A stretch of 64,000 nt of DNA, taken from NCBI GenBank assembly GCA_001783065.1, contig MFQN01000019.1:309-64308 (forward strand), read 5' to 3'. Shown piece by piece: positions 36,365 to 45,635 of this stretch (position 1 is its first letter; each line of letters begins with the position of its first letter). Origin of the DNA: Candidatus Magasanikbacteria bacterium RIFCSPLOWO2_12_FULL_43_12. GTDB taxonomy: Bacteria > Patescibacteriota > Patescibacteriia > Magasanikbacterales > UBA922. The translations under genes were made by a program, and so were the position numbers. Under the pieces are notes generated by a model. It worked only from the letters and a program-made list of their open reading frames with translations. It was not told where the DNA came from and ran no database searches.

Positions 36365-37454
36365 CGAAAAATTTATTGATGTGTCTGCAAACAGTTATCA
36401 CGTCTTCGTCTGCCATAGTAAAAGAAGAAGGTAGCCAAAAAGAGAGAGGTGATATTTTTGTACTGCTTGCAAACCGTTCGTCTGGCATTTTAAAAGCGGT
36501 CTGTCGGTGAATTGGCAGCCAAAATTCACGGCATTCAATATTCTGGGATAGCAAATAGTTAATGAGGGTGTCGCGTTTTTCTGTCCAGGCGTCAATCCAA
36601 AGCGGGAGTTCGCCTTCCGCGATATTAAAAGGAAACAGATTAACGGTGTTTGGTTTCAAATTTTCTTTGTACAATTTATAGGCGCGTTTTATCCGATCCA
36701 TCCTGAACGCAACTTTATTTAGCTGTCCCAAGCCAACAGCGGCTTGTAAATTGGTGTATTTGAAATTATAACCAATACTTTGATGGATATCGTCTCCCCC
36801 GGTTCCTTTTACCGGCCGCCCATGGTCTTTTAATTTAACCAGTTCTTCAAAAAGTGCGTCATCATCAGTAACAATTATGCCTCCTTGCCCTGTAGAGACC
36901 ATTTTAAAGGGCGACAAAGAGTAACAGCCGGCCTTTCCTATGGTACCCAAATACCGACCGTTCTGTTTGGACATGAACGCCGCAGCCGCGTCTTCTACTA
37001 CCAACAAGTTATGTTTCTTCGCAAGTTCTAAAATTTTAACCATGTCTGCCCCGCGGCCGCTCACATGCACAGGCACAATTGCCTTTGTTTTGGTAGTTAC
37101 CGATCGTTCGGCCGCCTCTATATCTATAGTCAGGGTTTGTGGATTAACATCTACGAGAACAACATTAGCGCCAGTCAGCTCCACTGCGTGGGCCGTAGCG
37201 ATAAACGTCATGTTTGGCACCAGGACTTCATCTCCGGTTCCTACTCTAAGCCCCTTGAGAGCCAAAAATATGCCCATTGTGCAACTGGTTACTGCCAATG
37301 CGTGTTTGGCGTTTACCATCGTTGCCCAACGTTCTTCAAACTGATCAGTTACATTTCCATCATTTAAGTAATTTTCTGTTAATACTTTCAAAACTAAATT
37401 TTTTTCCTCCTCGTCAACCATCGGTTGATACCAAGGGATTTTGCAATTAGCCAT
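36354..37454 (-). CDS. DegT/DnrJ/EryC1/StrS PLP sugar aminotransferase (perosamine-synthase-like)
   Basis: TFIATA, VEDAA, SLSPFKMVSTGQGG (PLP Lys) and GYNFK.TNLQAAVG motifs; ATG at 37454 is preferred over the track start. Confidence 0.88.
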   Translation of the reverse strand: MANCKIPWYQPMVDEEEKNLVLKVLTENYLNDGNVTDQFEERWATMVNAKHALAVTSCTMGIFLALKGLRVGTGDEVLVPNMTFIATAHAVELTGANVVLVDVNPQTLTIDIEAAERSVTTKTKAIVPVHVSGRGADMVKILELAKKHNLLVVEDAAAAFMSKQNGRYLGTIGKAGCYSLSPFKMVSTGQGGIIVTDDDALFEELVKLKDHGRPVKGTGGDDIHQSIGYNFKYTNLQAAVGLGQLNKVAFRMDRIKRAYKLYKENLKPNTVNLFPFNIAEGELPLWIDAWTEKRDTLINYLLSQNIECREFWLPIHRQTAFKMPDERFASSTKISPLSFWLPSSFTMADEDVITVCRHINKFFDGH

Positions 37455-37487
37455 AATTAATTTGCTTATAGCGAATCTTACACCCCC

Positions 37488-37516
37488 TTGCCAAGGGCGC
37501 AAAGTTTAGTTATAAT
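37488..37516 (+). promoter_or_regulatory. sigma70 promoter for the cupin/acyltransferase/GT4 operon
   Basis: TTGCCA-N17-TATAAT. Confidence 0.6.
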
Positions 37517-37523
37517 TAATGTT

Positions 37524-37552
37524 ATTATAAGTTAAGCACAGAAAACTGTCAA
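37524..37552 (-). promoter_or_regulatory. Perfect-consensus sigma70 promoter for the DegT/GT-C operon
   Basis: TTGACA-N17-TATAAT on the minus strand. Confidence 0.7.
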
Positions 37553-37587
37553 TTTGAGGGGTATAATGTAAAAAAAGCATTGCCGAT

Positions 37588-37974
37588 ATGCAAAAAATAA
37601 TTAAGGTTTTTACGCGTCATGACAAGAGGGGAATTTTTTTGGAATATTTCAATAGTAAAACGGGCTGGCAATCCATTAATGGCGGTTTTATGAAAAAGGG
37701 TTCAATTATTGGTAATCATTATCACAAGAAATGTCTAACAATGTTTTTCGTGATGTCCGGCTCCGCAATGATTTTTTATAAAAACATTAACAGTCCAAGA
37801 AGTAAAACTAAAAAATTTATTCTGTCCAAGTCTCAAGGTTGTATATTCAAACCATATGAAACTCATGCCGTAAAATTTTTAGAAGGATCAAGCTTTGTTC
37901 TACTAAAAACAAGAAAATTTAGTGAAAAAAATAAAGATATTTTTAAAGCCCCGCTTATTAAAAAACCTGGCTAA
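37588..37974 (+). CDS. Cupin-fold sugar isomerase/epimerase (FdtA/WxcM/RmlC-like)
   Basis: D.RG.F.E, GNHYHK and F.P...HA cupin motifs. Confidence 0.75.
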   Translation: MQKIIKVFTRHDKRGIFLEYFNSKTGWQSINGGFMKKGSIIGNHYHKKCLTMFFVMSGSAMIFYKNINSPRSKTKKFILSKSQGCIFKPYETHAVKFLEGSSFVLLKTRKFSEKNKDIFKAPLIKKPG

Positions 37975-37997
37975 CATCACATTTTATTTTAGAGATT

Positions 37998-38576
37998 ATG
38001 AAAAAACAATTGTCAGACGAGTCAAGCGCTGGTTATGATTATTCCAAACTTAAATCATTCGGAGAAGACGTTTTTATTAGTAATGATATAGAGCTTCGCC
38101 GGCCCAATTTATTAGAAGTTGGTAGCCATATACGTATAGATTGCGGCCTTTATTTAACCCCGCCGGCCGAGATCGGAAGTTATATTCATATTGGACCATA
38201 TGTTACAGTAATTGGGGGGCCTAAAAGCATACTGAAGATTGGCAGTTTTATTACGATTGGAGCCGGTAGTAAAATATTGTGCGGTTCAGATAATTTTTCA
38301 GGAGACGGCCTTGTTAGCGCGCCGGGGATTCCTTTTGAATATACTAGCGTAAATTTTACCCATGTAACGTTAGAAGATTTTTCAAACCTATGTGTAAATT
38401 CTGTTGTATTGCCCGGCGTGACCATTGGTGAGGGGTCGGTAATCGGGGCGTGCGCATTGGTTACGAAAGACACTGAACCGTGGACTGTTTACATGGGCGT
38501 ACCCGCCCGGCCTGTTAAAAAAAGGAATAAAGAAAAAATGATAGAATTAGCGCGCAAACTCGGCTATTCGCCGTAA
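37998..38576 (+). CDS. Left-handed beta-helix sugar N-acyltransferase (AntD/VioB-like)
   Basis: Hexapeptide repeats, DNFSGDGL...P.IP and VLPGVTIGEGSVIGA...W..Y.GVPAR motifs. Confidence 0.85.
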   Translation: MKKQLSDESSAGYDYSKLKSFGEDVFISNDIELRRPNLLEVGSHIRIDCGLYLTPPAEIGSYIHIGPYVTVIGGPKSILKIGSFITIGAGSKILCGSDNFSGDGLVSAPGIPFEYTSVNFTHVTLEDFSNLCVNSVVLPGVTIGEGSVIGACALVTKDTEPWTVYMGVPARPVKKRNKEKMIELARKLGYSP

Positions 38577-38605
38577 CAACCAATTTAAATTTTTACTTTT
38601 ATGAT

Positions 38606-39805
38606 ATGAGAATAGTTTTTTTAACTTCAAAAATGAATTTTTCCTCGTCCGGTGGTTCTGTGGAAGAACTAGACATTATCATTCGTACTTTACAAAAGTT
38701 TGGCAATGACGTTGTCGTAGTGACTGCATTTTCTAAAAATAATCAAATTCCTCATAATTTACCATATAAAATAGTAGAGGAGAATATATCAGCGACAGAT
38801 CTGCTTGGTATTCAATTGGCTGCCATAAAGCTTTTGAAGAAATACGAAACGCAAGCTGACTTTTTTCATATTGATGGACATTTATTTTTATATGGAGCCG
38901 GGATATATCGCAGATTAAAAGGAAGCGTTCCTGTGGCAGCGTTGTTTAATTCATATTTGGCAGGTTTACCGGATAATCTTATTACCTCTTTTGCATATCC
39001 TACTGACGGTTTAATAGGTAAAATTAAAAAGAAAATCCGTTATTTAGCAGAACGTTATCTTGGTATGTGGTTGGCTAAGTCCATAGATTTATGCGCCTTT
39101 GTGAGTCCTCCGTTACAAAAGGTTTACGAAAATTTTGGTCTGCGGGCCAAACGTCACATGGTCATTGGCGACCTGATTGATTTTGATAGCTTAAAAAAGG
39201 AAAATAACATCTTTTGCGGATGTTATTCGGAACGCAAAAGTCAAGATGGGCTGATTAAAATTTTGTTTTCCAGTCGTATGATTCGAGGCAAAGGTTTTGA
39301 TTTGTTGCTTGATGGTTTTTCTCTAGTTAAAGATAAACACAAATTTCGACTAATTATTGGCGGATCTGGTCCGGATGAGCACTTCGTCGTCGAGAGGATA
39401 AAAAAGTTATCGCTTGAACCTTATGTTGAAATTCCAGGCTGGGTAGCTAAGGAAAAATTATTTGATTATTACAGACAAGCCGATATCTTTGCGCAGGTTG
39501 GCTGGAAGCCGGAAGGAACTTCTATTTCACTTCTGTACGCCATGTTATTTGGCATTCCATCGATTTTACCGCGCGGAGGCGGGTTAGAATGGCAGGCCGG
39601 CAACTGCGCTATTTATGTCAACAATGGCAATCCAGAAGAGTTGGCGTCAGCGATTGAGTTGCTGGGAAATGATGAAAGTCTAAGAAAAAAGCTTTCTGAC
39701 GAGTGTTACAATAGGATTGGAAGAGAGCAGTTTAATTGCGATAAAATGGTTGGTTATCTCTTTAACGAAATTGAGAAGATAAACAAACGATCTAAAATTA
39801 CCTAG
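38606..39805 (+). CDS. GT4 glycosyltransferase
   Basis: GG..E N-terminus, SR...KG, GSGP, GWV and ADIF....EG....LL.AM..G motifs. Confidence 0.85.
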   Translation: MRIVFLTSKMNFSSSGGSVEELDIIIRTLQKFGNDVVVVTAFSKNNQIPHNLPYKIVEENISATDLLGIQLAAIKLLKKYETQADFFHIDGHLFLYGAGIYRRLKGSVPVAALFNSYLAGLPDNLITSFAYPTDGLIGKIKKKIRYLAERYLGMWLAKSIDLCAFVSPPLQKVYENFGLRAKRHMVIGDLIDFDSLKKENNIFCGCYSERKSQDGLIKILFSSRMIRGKGFDLLLDGFSLVKDKHKFRLIIGGSGPDEHFVVERIKKLSLEPYVEIPGWVAKEKLFDYYRQADIFAQVGWKPEGTSISLLYAMLFGIPSILPRGGGLEWQAGNCAIYVNNGNPEELASAIELLGNDESLRKKLSDECYNRIGREQFNCDKMVGYLFNEIEKINKRSKIT

Positions 39806-40793
39806 ACAAATTAATTATATCATTTTGCACCATAATTTTTACCAATTCTTTAAAGGCAGTTTTTGGCTTCCAGCCCAATATTTTACGGGCCTTGGATGCG
39901 TCTCCGCAAAGACAATCAACCTCGTTTGGTCTTTTGTATTTTTCATCAATTTTCAAAACTCTAGTCCAGTCTAGACCGGCGGCTTTGCATGCTTCAACTA
40001 AAAATTCTTTTACCGAATGAGTTTCTCCGGTTGCGATTACAAAATCATCCGGTTTATTTTGTTGGAGAATTTTCCACATTGCCTCAACGTACTCTGGAGC
40101 GTAACCCCAATCACGTTTGGCGTCTACATTTCCCAATTTAATATATTTTTCTTTTCCAGCCAGGATATCTCTGATGCCAAGGGTGATTTTTCTAGTTACA
40201 AAACTTTCTCCGCGGCGTTCCGACTCGTGGTTGAAAAGGATGCCGTTGGAAATAAACATGCCGTAACTTTCACGGTAAATTCGCGCGATCTCAAAACCAT
40301 AAAGCTTGGCTGCTCCGTATGGGCTTTTTGGCTTAAATGGCGTCAATTCATTCTGGGGAGCTTCTTTGGGGTCGCCGGAATAGAGTTCGGAAGTGGATGC
40401 TTGATAAATTTTTGACTTTAGATTCAGAGCTCTAACCGATTCCAACAGGTTCAAAACTCCAATACCGCTGGTTTGCGCGGTGTAAAGCGGAGTTTCAAAC
40501 GAGACCTTAACATGAGACTGCGCCGCTAAATTATATATTTCATCAGGTTTAACTTTTGCTAAAATATTGGTGATGGATACGGAATCGGTCATGTCGCCAT
40601 AGTGCATAAGCAAATTTTTGTTGTGCGGAAAATCCGCTGTAACTTCCAATCTTTCATAATTATAAAGAATAGAATTTCTGCGGACAAAACCGTGTACTTT
40701 ATACCCTTTGGACAATAACAGTTCGGCAAGATATGAGCCATCTTGTCCGGTGATACCCGTAATAAAAGCGATTTTTTGTTTAGGCATAAACAT
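39798..40793 (-). CDS. gmd: GDP-mannose 4,6-dehydratase
   Basis: ITGITGQDGSYLAE, NLAAQSHV, YQASTSELY, PYGAAK, NHESERRGE.FVTRKI and RDWG motifs; alternative ATG at 40787. Confidence 0.95.
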   Translation of the reverse strand: MFMPKQKIAFITGITGQDGSYLAELLLSKGYKVHGFVRRNSILYNYERLEVTADFPHNKNLLMHYGDMTDSVSITNILAKVKPDEIYNLAAQSHVKVSFETPLYTAQTSGIGVLNLLESVRALNLKSKIYQASTSELYSGDPKEAPQNELTPFKPKSPYGAAKLYGFEIARIYRESYGMFISNGILFNHESERRGESFVTRKITLGIRDILAGKEKYIKLGNVDAKRDWGYAPEYVEAMWKILQQNKPDDFVIATGETHSVKEFLVEACKAAGLDWTRVLKIDEKYKRPNEVDCLCGDASKARKILGWKPKTAFKELVKIMVQNDIINLSR

Positions 40794-42291
40794 TTTTAAA
40801 AGTAAATTTTTTCATTATTAATTCGGCCAGCGGTTCCAGACCGGCTTTTCGTTTTTCACTGTCTGTTTCTTTTTCCCAAAGATAACTTAACGGCACATCC
40901 ACCGATTCTTCAAAAATGGCGGCAATAAGTCGTGACAGTTCATTTTCATCAAATTTAAAGTTTTCTAATTGTTCTTTCACTAAATAAGGCATTTCTTCGG
41001 GGGTCTTGCAATGCTTTACAAAAGACAGCTGGTTATAAAAAATATTCCCAAAGGTTATAACCGGCTTTTTTAAAAGCGTTCCTTCCCAGCCCACAGAACC
41101 GGAAATTGTCGTGATAAGTTTGGCGTTGAGAATAAGCTCAAAGCTGGTTACCGCCGGGTTGATAAGCCGCACATTCGGCGTTTTTTTTATTTCTTTATAG
41201 AAAGAACGCGGTCGATAAACCACCATCATTGGATGTTCTTTTACGTAAAGTTTGTAACCTACCGGCAATGATCTGGCGATCAGTTTAATTAAGTGAATCT
41301 GGTCTGTAAAAAACGGAGCATACAGCAGGGTGGCGATTTCCGGTTCAACATGAAGAGGGTAAAAAGCGAAATCTTCATTTGGGATAGACTGATCATACAG
41401 ATCGTTAATCCCGATTAAATTTCTGATTTTTCTTTTAAAAGAGTCTTTTAGGTAATTCCAAGGCCCGATATAGTCATAATCGTGGCGATCTTTTTTGGAA
41501 TAATGCTCATAAAAATTTTTTGCCAGTGAAAAAATATTATTCTTTAAATTTTTTGGCAGCAAAAATTGAAATTGTTTCGCGCGCTGAAGAGGCTGTTTGC
41601 TTGGATGAGCCGGCTCGTAATGCGGATGCGGCGCGGAACGAAAATTTTCAAGAAATAATTTAGCTTTTTCCAAAACGGTTTCGGGAATTATATTTTTTTC
41701 TAAATAGCTATTCGCAGTTTCTTTAACATAAGAAAAGTCATCATATTTTTCGCTTAAAAGATAAGAATTTTTTATGTAAGAAGGATGGATTACAAAAGTT
41801 TTTATTCCCATTTTCTTCGCCATATGAAAGAGAAGCATGCTTCCCATGGCGGCGACCGCGGAAAAAACAATAAAATCCGGTTTTTCGGTTTTTAAAAAGT
41901 TTAAAATTGTTTTTGCCTTAATCTGCAGGATTCTTAAAATTTCTTCGTAATTATAAGGCGATTTATCGTAAGGGTACTCCCGCACCAATTGATTTGACAT
42001 TATTACTCGGTCGATTGCGATATATGGCCAGAGATTCGGTATGCCATAGTCTTTTTCCATTTTTTTTAAAAAGTCCAAGTCAAGCTTGGTATTTTTAAAT
42101 TCTTCATGTATATCTTCATCAAGAAGCAAAGATGAATAGTCTATATCCTTTTGGTTTTTGAGGAAATCATGGCTCGAACGCAAATTGACAAAGCCGCAAA
42201 ATTGTTCGACTCTGTACTTATTTTTGAGAATAATTGCCAAAATATGGCCAAGATAAGCGAAATTTCTCTGTAATAAAAAACACGCTTTCAT
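40780..42291 (-). CDS. KpsS/Capsule_synth-like protein (putative ulosonic-acid transferase)
   Basis: C-terminal FYPLHVEPE, LYVKEHP and TISGSVGWEG.L..KPVITFG..FY motifs. Confidence 0.7.
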   Translation of the reverse strand: MKACFLLQRNFAYLGHILAIILKNKYRVEQFCGFVNLRSSHDFLKNQKDIDYSSLLLDEDIHEEFKNTKLDLDFLKKMEKDYGIPNLWPYIAIDRVIMSNQLVREYPYDKSPYNYEEILRILQIKAKTILNFLKTEKPDFIVFSAVAAMGSMLLFHMAKKMGIKTFVIHPSYIKNSYLLSEKYDDFSYVKETANSYLEKNIIPETVLEKAKLFLENFRSAPHPHYEPAHPSKQPLQRAKQFQFLLPKNLKNNIFSLAKNFYEHYSKKDRHDYDYIGPWNYLKDSFKRKIRNLIGINDLYDQSIPNEDFAFYPLHVEPEIATLLYAPFFTDQIHLIKLIARSLPVGYKLYVKEHPMMVVYRPRSFYKEIKKTPNVRLINPAVTSFELILNAKLITTISGSVGWEGTLLKKPVITFGNIFYNQLSFVKHCKTPEEMPYLVKEQLENFKFDENELSRLIAAIFEESVDVPLSYLWEKETDSEKRKAGLEPLAELIMKKFTFKNVYA

Positions 42292-42296
42292 AAATA

Positions 42297-42325
42297 TTGA
42301 CTTTAATTCAGGTTTAGTCTAAAAT
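42297..42325 (+). promoter_or_regulatory. sigma70 promoter for the rightward operon starting at the B12 radical SAM gene
   Basis: TTGACT-N17-TAAAAT. Confidence 0.6.
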
Positions 42326-42335
42326 AAGCCCATAT

Positions 42336-42364
42336 ATTATATAGATTTGCCCCACGGAAGTCAA
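42336..42364 (-). promoter_or_regulatory. sigma70 promoter for the KpsS-like/gmd operon
   Basis: TTGACT-N17-TATAAT on the minus strand. Confidence 0.65.
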
Positions 42365-42409
42365 ATTTGTTTTATTTGTAAGAGTTGAGTTTTTAGCCAA
42401 TATATATCT

Positions 42410-43831
42410 ATGGAAAATATAGAGAGAAATATGAAAATTTTAGTGATAAATGTTTGTTTAAGGCCGTATAAACCGCAGATTATGTTTCCTTTGGGTTTAT
42501 CATACGTGGTAGGCGCCATTCAAAGAGCCGGATATGATTTTGAGATGTTGGATTTGGATAGAGACCGTAAATCGGAAGAGGAAATCAAGAGTTTTTTAAC
42601 AAGCGCCACGTTTGATGTCGTGGCGCTTGGTTGCATCGCGACTGGCTACAAGACGGTCAAAAACTTAACTCGGATAATCAGAGAGGTTAAAAAAGGCGCG
42701 GTAATTATTGTCGGCAATTCGGTGGCGGATTCAATTCCGAAATTATTATTGGAAAAAACCGAGGCAGATGTCGCGGTTATCGGGGAAGGAGAAATAACCA
42801 TTGTTGAGGTTCTTGACAAGATAAAAAATGCTGAATCACTGGCAGGGGTTAAAGGCATTTGGTATAAAGAAAAAAATGAAATTTTTAGCAACCCGCCGCG
42901 GGAAGTAATTAAAGATATTAACTCCATTTCGTTTCCCGGGTGGGATAGTTTTGATATGGAGGCTTATATTGTGGCCGCGAGAGAGCTTATCAATGACCCG
43001 CCTCCAATTCCGAAGGACGGCATTAGGGCGTTTATGGTTAATTTCGCTCGGGGTTGTCCGTTTAAATGTTCTTTCTGTTACCAAGTTTTTCAACGCAACG
43101 GTTATCGTTTTAGGTCAACCGATTCTGTGCTGGAGGAAATTAAAGAATTGCAAAATAGATATAAAATTAATTATATCATGTTTAATGATGATTTATCTTT
43201 TTTGACCAAAAAACAGGTTGAAGATTTTGTGGACAGGGTTTTAGTGGAAAAATTAAAATTTTTTTGGACCGCCATTTGCCGTTCCAATTTGTTTAATTCG
43301 GAAAATGACGTAGAGTTGCTAAAAAAAATCAAATCTGCGGGGTGCATTGGTTTTGGCTATTCGCTTGAGTCTGCCAACGAAGAGATCCGTCGCTCAATGA
43401 ATAAAATGTTGGATTTAAAAAGTTTTGCCATGCAGAAGAGGCTATTGGATAAGGCCGACCTATCCAGTTGGACGAGTTTGGTTTTCGGCTATCCTCAAGA
43501 GACCAAAGAGACGATTAAGGAAACGATGGATCTTTGCTATGACCTCGGCATCTATCCAAGTAGTGGGTATCTCCTCCCCATGCCAATGACTCCGATGTAT
43601 GATTATATTTTTAAGAATGGGATGGTAAAGGATGAAGAAGCGTATGTTTTGTCGCTCGGGGATCGTCAAGATTTAAGAATTAATTTAACCAAAATGTCCG
43701 ATAGTGAATTTCAGGAAGAAATAAAGAAACATTTAGAGCGCATATCAGAAAAATTACATTTAGGGCTGAAAGGGGATGAGCTGATTAAAACCACGAATTA
43801 TAAGTCGGATCAATCTAAAATTAAACAATAG
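42410..43831 (+). CDS. Cobalamin-dependent radical SAM protein (class B methyltransferase-like)
   Basis: FPLGLSYV, IGEGEIT, ARGCPFKCSFC, LESAN and FGYPQET motifs; alternative ATG at 42431. Confidence 0.9.
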   Translation: MENIERNMKILVINVCLRPYKPQIMFPLGLSYVVGAIQRAGYDFEMLDLDRDRKSEEEIKSFLTSATFDVVALGCIATGYKTVKNLTRIIREVKKGAVIIVGNSVADSIPKLLLEKTEADVAVIGEGEITIVEVLDKIKNAESLAGVKGIWYKEKNEIFSNPPREVIKDINSISFPGWDSFDMEAYIVAARELINDPPPIPKDGIRAFMVNFARGCPFKCSFCYQVFQRNGYRFRSTDSVLEEIKELQNRYKINYIMFNDDLSFLTKKQVEDFVDRVLVEKLKFFWTAICRSNLFNSENDVELLKKIKSAGCIGFGYSLESANEEIRRSMNKMLDLKSFAMQKRLLDKADLSSWTSLVFGYPQETKETIKETMDLCYDLGIYPSSGYLLPMPMTPMYDYIFKNGMVKDEEAYVLSLGDRQDLRINLTKMSDSEFQEEIKKHLERISEKLHLGLKGDELIKTTNYKSDQSKIKQ

Positions 43832-43832
43832 T

Positions 43833-45617
43833 GTGCTGTTCAGAAATAATAAAATTTTAAACCTTTTGCGTTTGTTGCGCCGCGCGTTTGGCGATTATAA
43901 GAGACAGATAGTTTTTCTGTCCGTTTTTGGTTTTTTTGGCGGCGTTTTGGAGGGGGTGGGCATAAACGCGATAATTCCTTTATTTTCCTTTTTAGGCAAA
44001 TCTTCTTCGCCGCAAGTGGATATTATTTCACAAGCGATCCAAGGTTTTTTTCGTTTTTTTCATCTGCCGTATAGCCTAAAATCAATTCTAATCTTCATTA
44101 TCGTGATATTTTTGTCCAAAGCGGTCTTGCTGTTTTTAGCTAAATTTATTTCCGCCCGAATTATTGCTGATTATCAGCGGGCAACGCGGCATAAAATTTT
44201 GCGGCTCATTCTGTTATCCGATTGGCCGAATTTGTTTAAACAGAAGGTCGGTTATTTGGATCAGATATTGATTACTGATATCAATTATAGCTCTGCCATG
44301 TTGGCGCATATGAGCTCTGCCATTTTGATTACTGCCAATTTGATAGTTTATAGTTTTGTGGCTGTCAACATTTCACCGGTTATTGCCGCGCTGGCGATGA
44401 TCTCCGGAGTTGTCATTTTGTTCTTGTTGAAGCCGCTTTTTTATCGGAATAAACTATTTTCCGAGAAGATTGCCAGCATATATAAGCAGACGGCGCACTT
44501 TATCAGTGAAAGCATAATTGGGATTAAAACCATTAAAACATCATCTTCGGAAAATTTTTTAATTGAAAAAGGGGACGATTTTTTTAATCACATTAAGAAA
44601 TTCACCGTAAAAAATGCCATCATGCAGAATTTGACTAATACGCTTTTACAGCCGGTCGGTCTTCTTTTTGTCATAGGTATTTTTGCTTTTTTTTATAAAG
44701 TTAAGGGATTCGATTTTGCTTCGTTCGCTGTGATTGTCTACGCGATTAATAAGTTATTTTCTCATATACAATTAGCCGAGACTGAAGCGCACACGTTGGC
44801 TTCGCTTACGCCGTTTGTGGTTAATGTTTTACAGTATCAGGAAGAGGCGGCGAGTCATCAGGAGATTGATACTGGAGGAAAAAAATTTAGTTTTAAGAAA
44901 GAAGTGTGTTTTAAAAATGTTGACTTTTCTTACAATTCTGGCAAAAAGACTCTTTCCAATTTAAATTTTTCAATAGAGTGCGGCCGGATGATAGGGATAA
45001 TCGGCGCGTCTGGCGCTGGCAAAACCACTCTCGTGGATTTGTTATTGCGATTGTTTAAACCCAGCGGAGGTTCAATTTGTGTTGATGGTATTGATATTAA
45101 TGAGATCGGATTGGCTGAATGGCGCGCCGGAGTTGGTTATGTTTCGCAAGATATATTTCTTTTGAATGATACGATTGAAAATAATATCCGTTTTTATAAC
45201 GAATCTATTTCCCATGAAGACGCGCTGGAAGCGGCGGAAATGGCGCAGTGCAATGAGTTTATTCAAAAATTGTCCCAGCAGTTCATGACTGTGGTTGGGG
45301 AGCGTGGCATGTCGCTTTCCGGCGGCCAGCGTCAGCGCATCGCATTAGCGAGAGTTTTGGCGCGTAAACCAAGCATTTTAGTTTTGGACGAAGCCACCAG
45401 CGCGCTAGATAACGAATCGGAAATAATGGTTCAGCGCGCGATTGAAAAGTTGCGCGGGAAAATTACGGTTTTGGTGATCGCCCATCGGTTATCTACCGTA
45501 ATGACATCCGATAAATTAGTTGTTTTGGAAAAAGGAAGGATCATTGAAGAGGGCGCGCCGTTGGATTTATTAAAGAACCGCGAATCGTATTTTTCAAAAG
45601 CATATAATTTAAAATAG
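43833..45617 (+). CDS. ABC transporter permease/ATPase fusion (PglK/MsbA-type lipid-linked glycan flippase)
   Basis: N-terminal TMD; Walker A GASGAGKTT, LSGGQRQR signature, VLDEATSALD and AHRLST motifs. Confidence 0.92.
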   Translation: MLFRNNKILNLLRLLRRAFGDYKRQIVFLSVFGFFGGVLEGVGINAIIPLFSFLGKSSSPQVDIISQAIQGFFRFFHLPYSLKSILIFIIVIFLSKAVLLFLAKFISARIIADYQRATRHKILRLILLSDWPNLFKQKVGYLDQILITDINYSSAMLAHMSSAILITANLIVYSFVAVNISPVIAALAMISGVVILFLLKPLFYRNKLFSEKIASIYKQTAHFISESIIGIKTIKTSSSENFLIEKGDDFFNHIKKFTVKNAIMQNLTNTLLQPVGLLFVIGIFAFFYKVKGFDFASFAVIVYAINKLFSHIQLAETEAHTLASLTPFVVNVLQYQEEAASHQEIDTGGKKFSFKKEVCFKNVDFSYNSGKKTLSNLNFSIECGRMIGIIGASGAGKTTLVDLLLRLFKPSGGSICVDGIDINEIGLAEWRAGVGYVSQDIFLLNDTIENNIRFYNESISHEDALEAAEMAQCNEFIQKLSQQFMTVVGERGMSLSGGQRQRIALARVLARKPSILVLDEATSALDNESEIMVQRAIEKLRGKITVLVIAHRLSTVMTSDKLVVLEKGRIIEEGAPLDLLKNRESYFSKAYNLK

Positions 45618-45635
45618 AGTTTAAAACAAAGGTAT

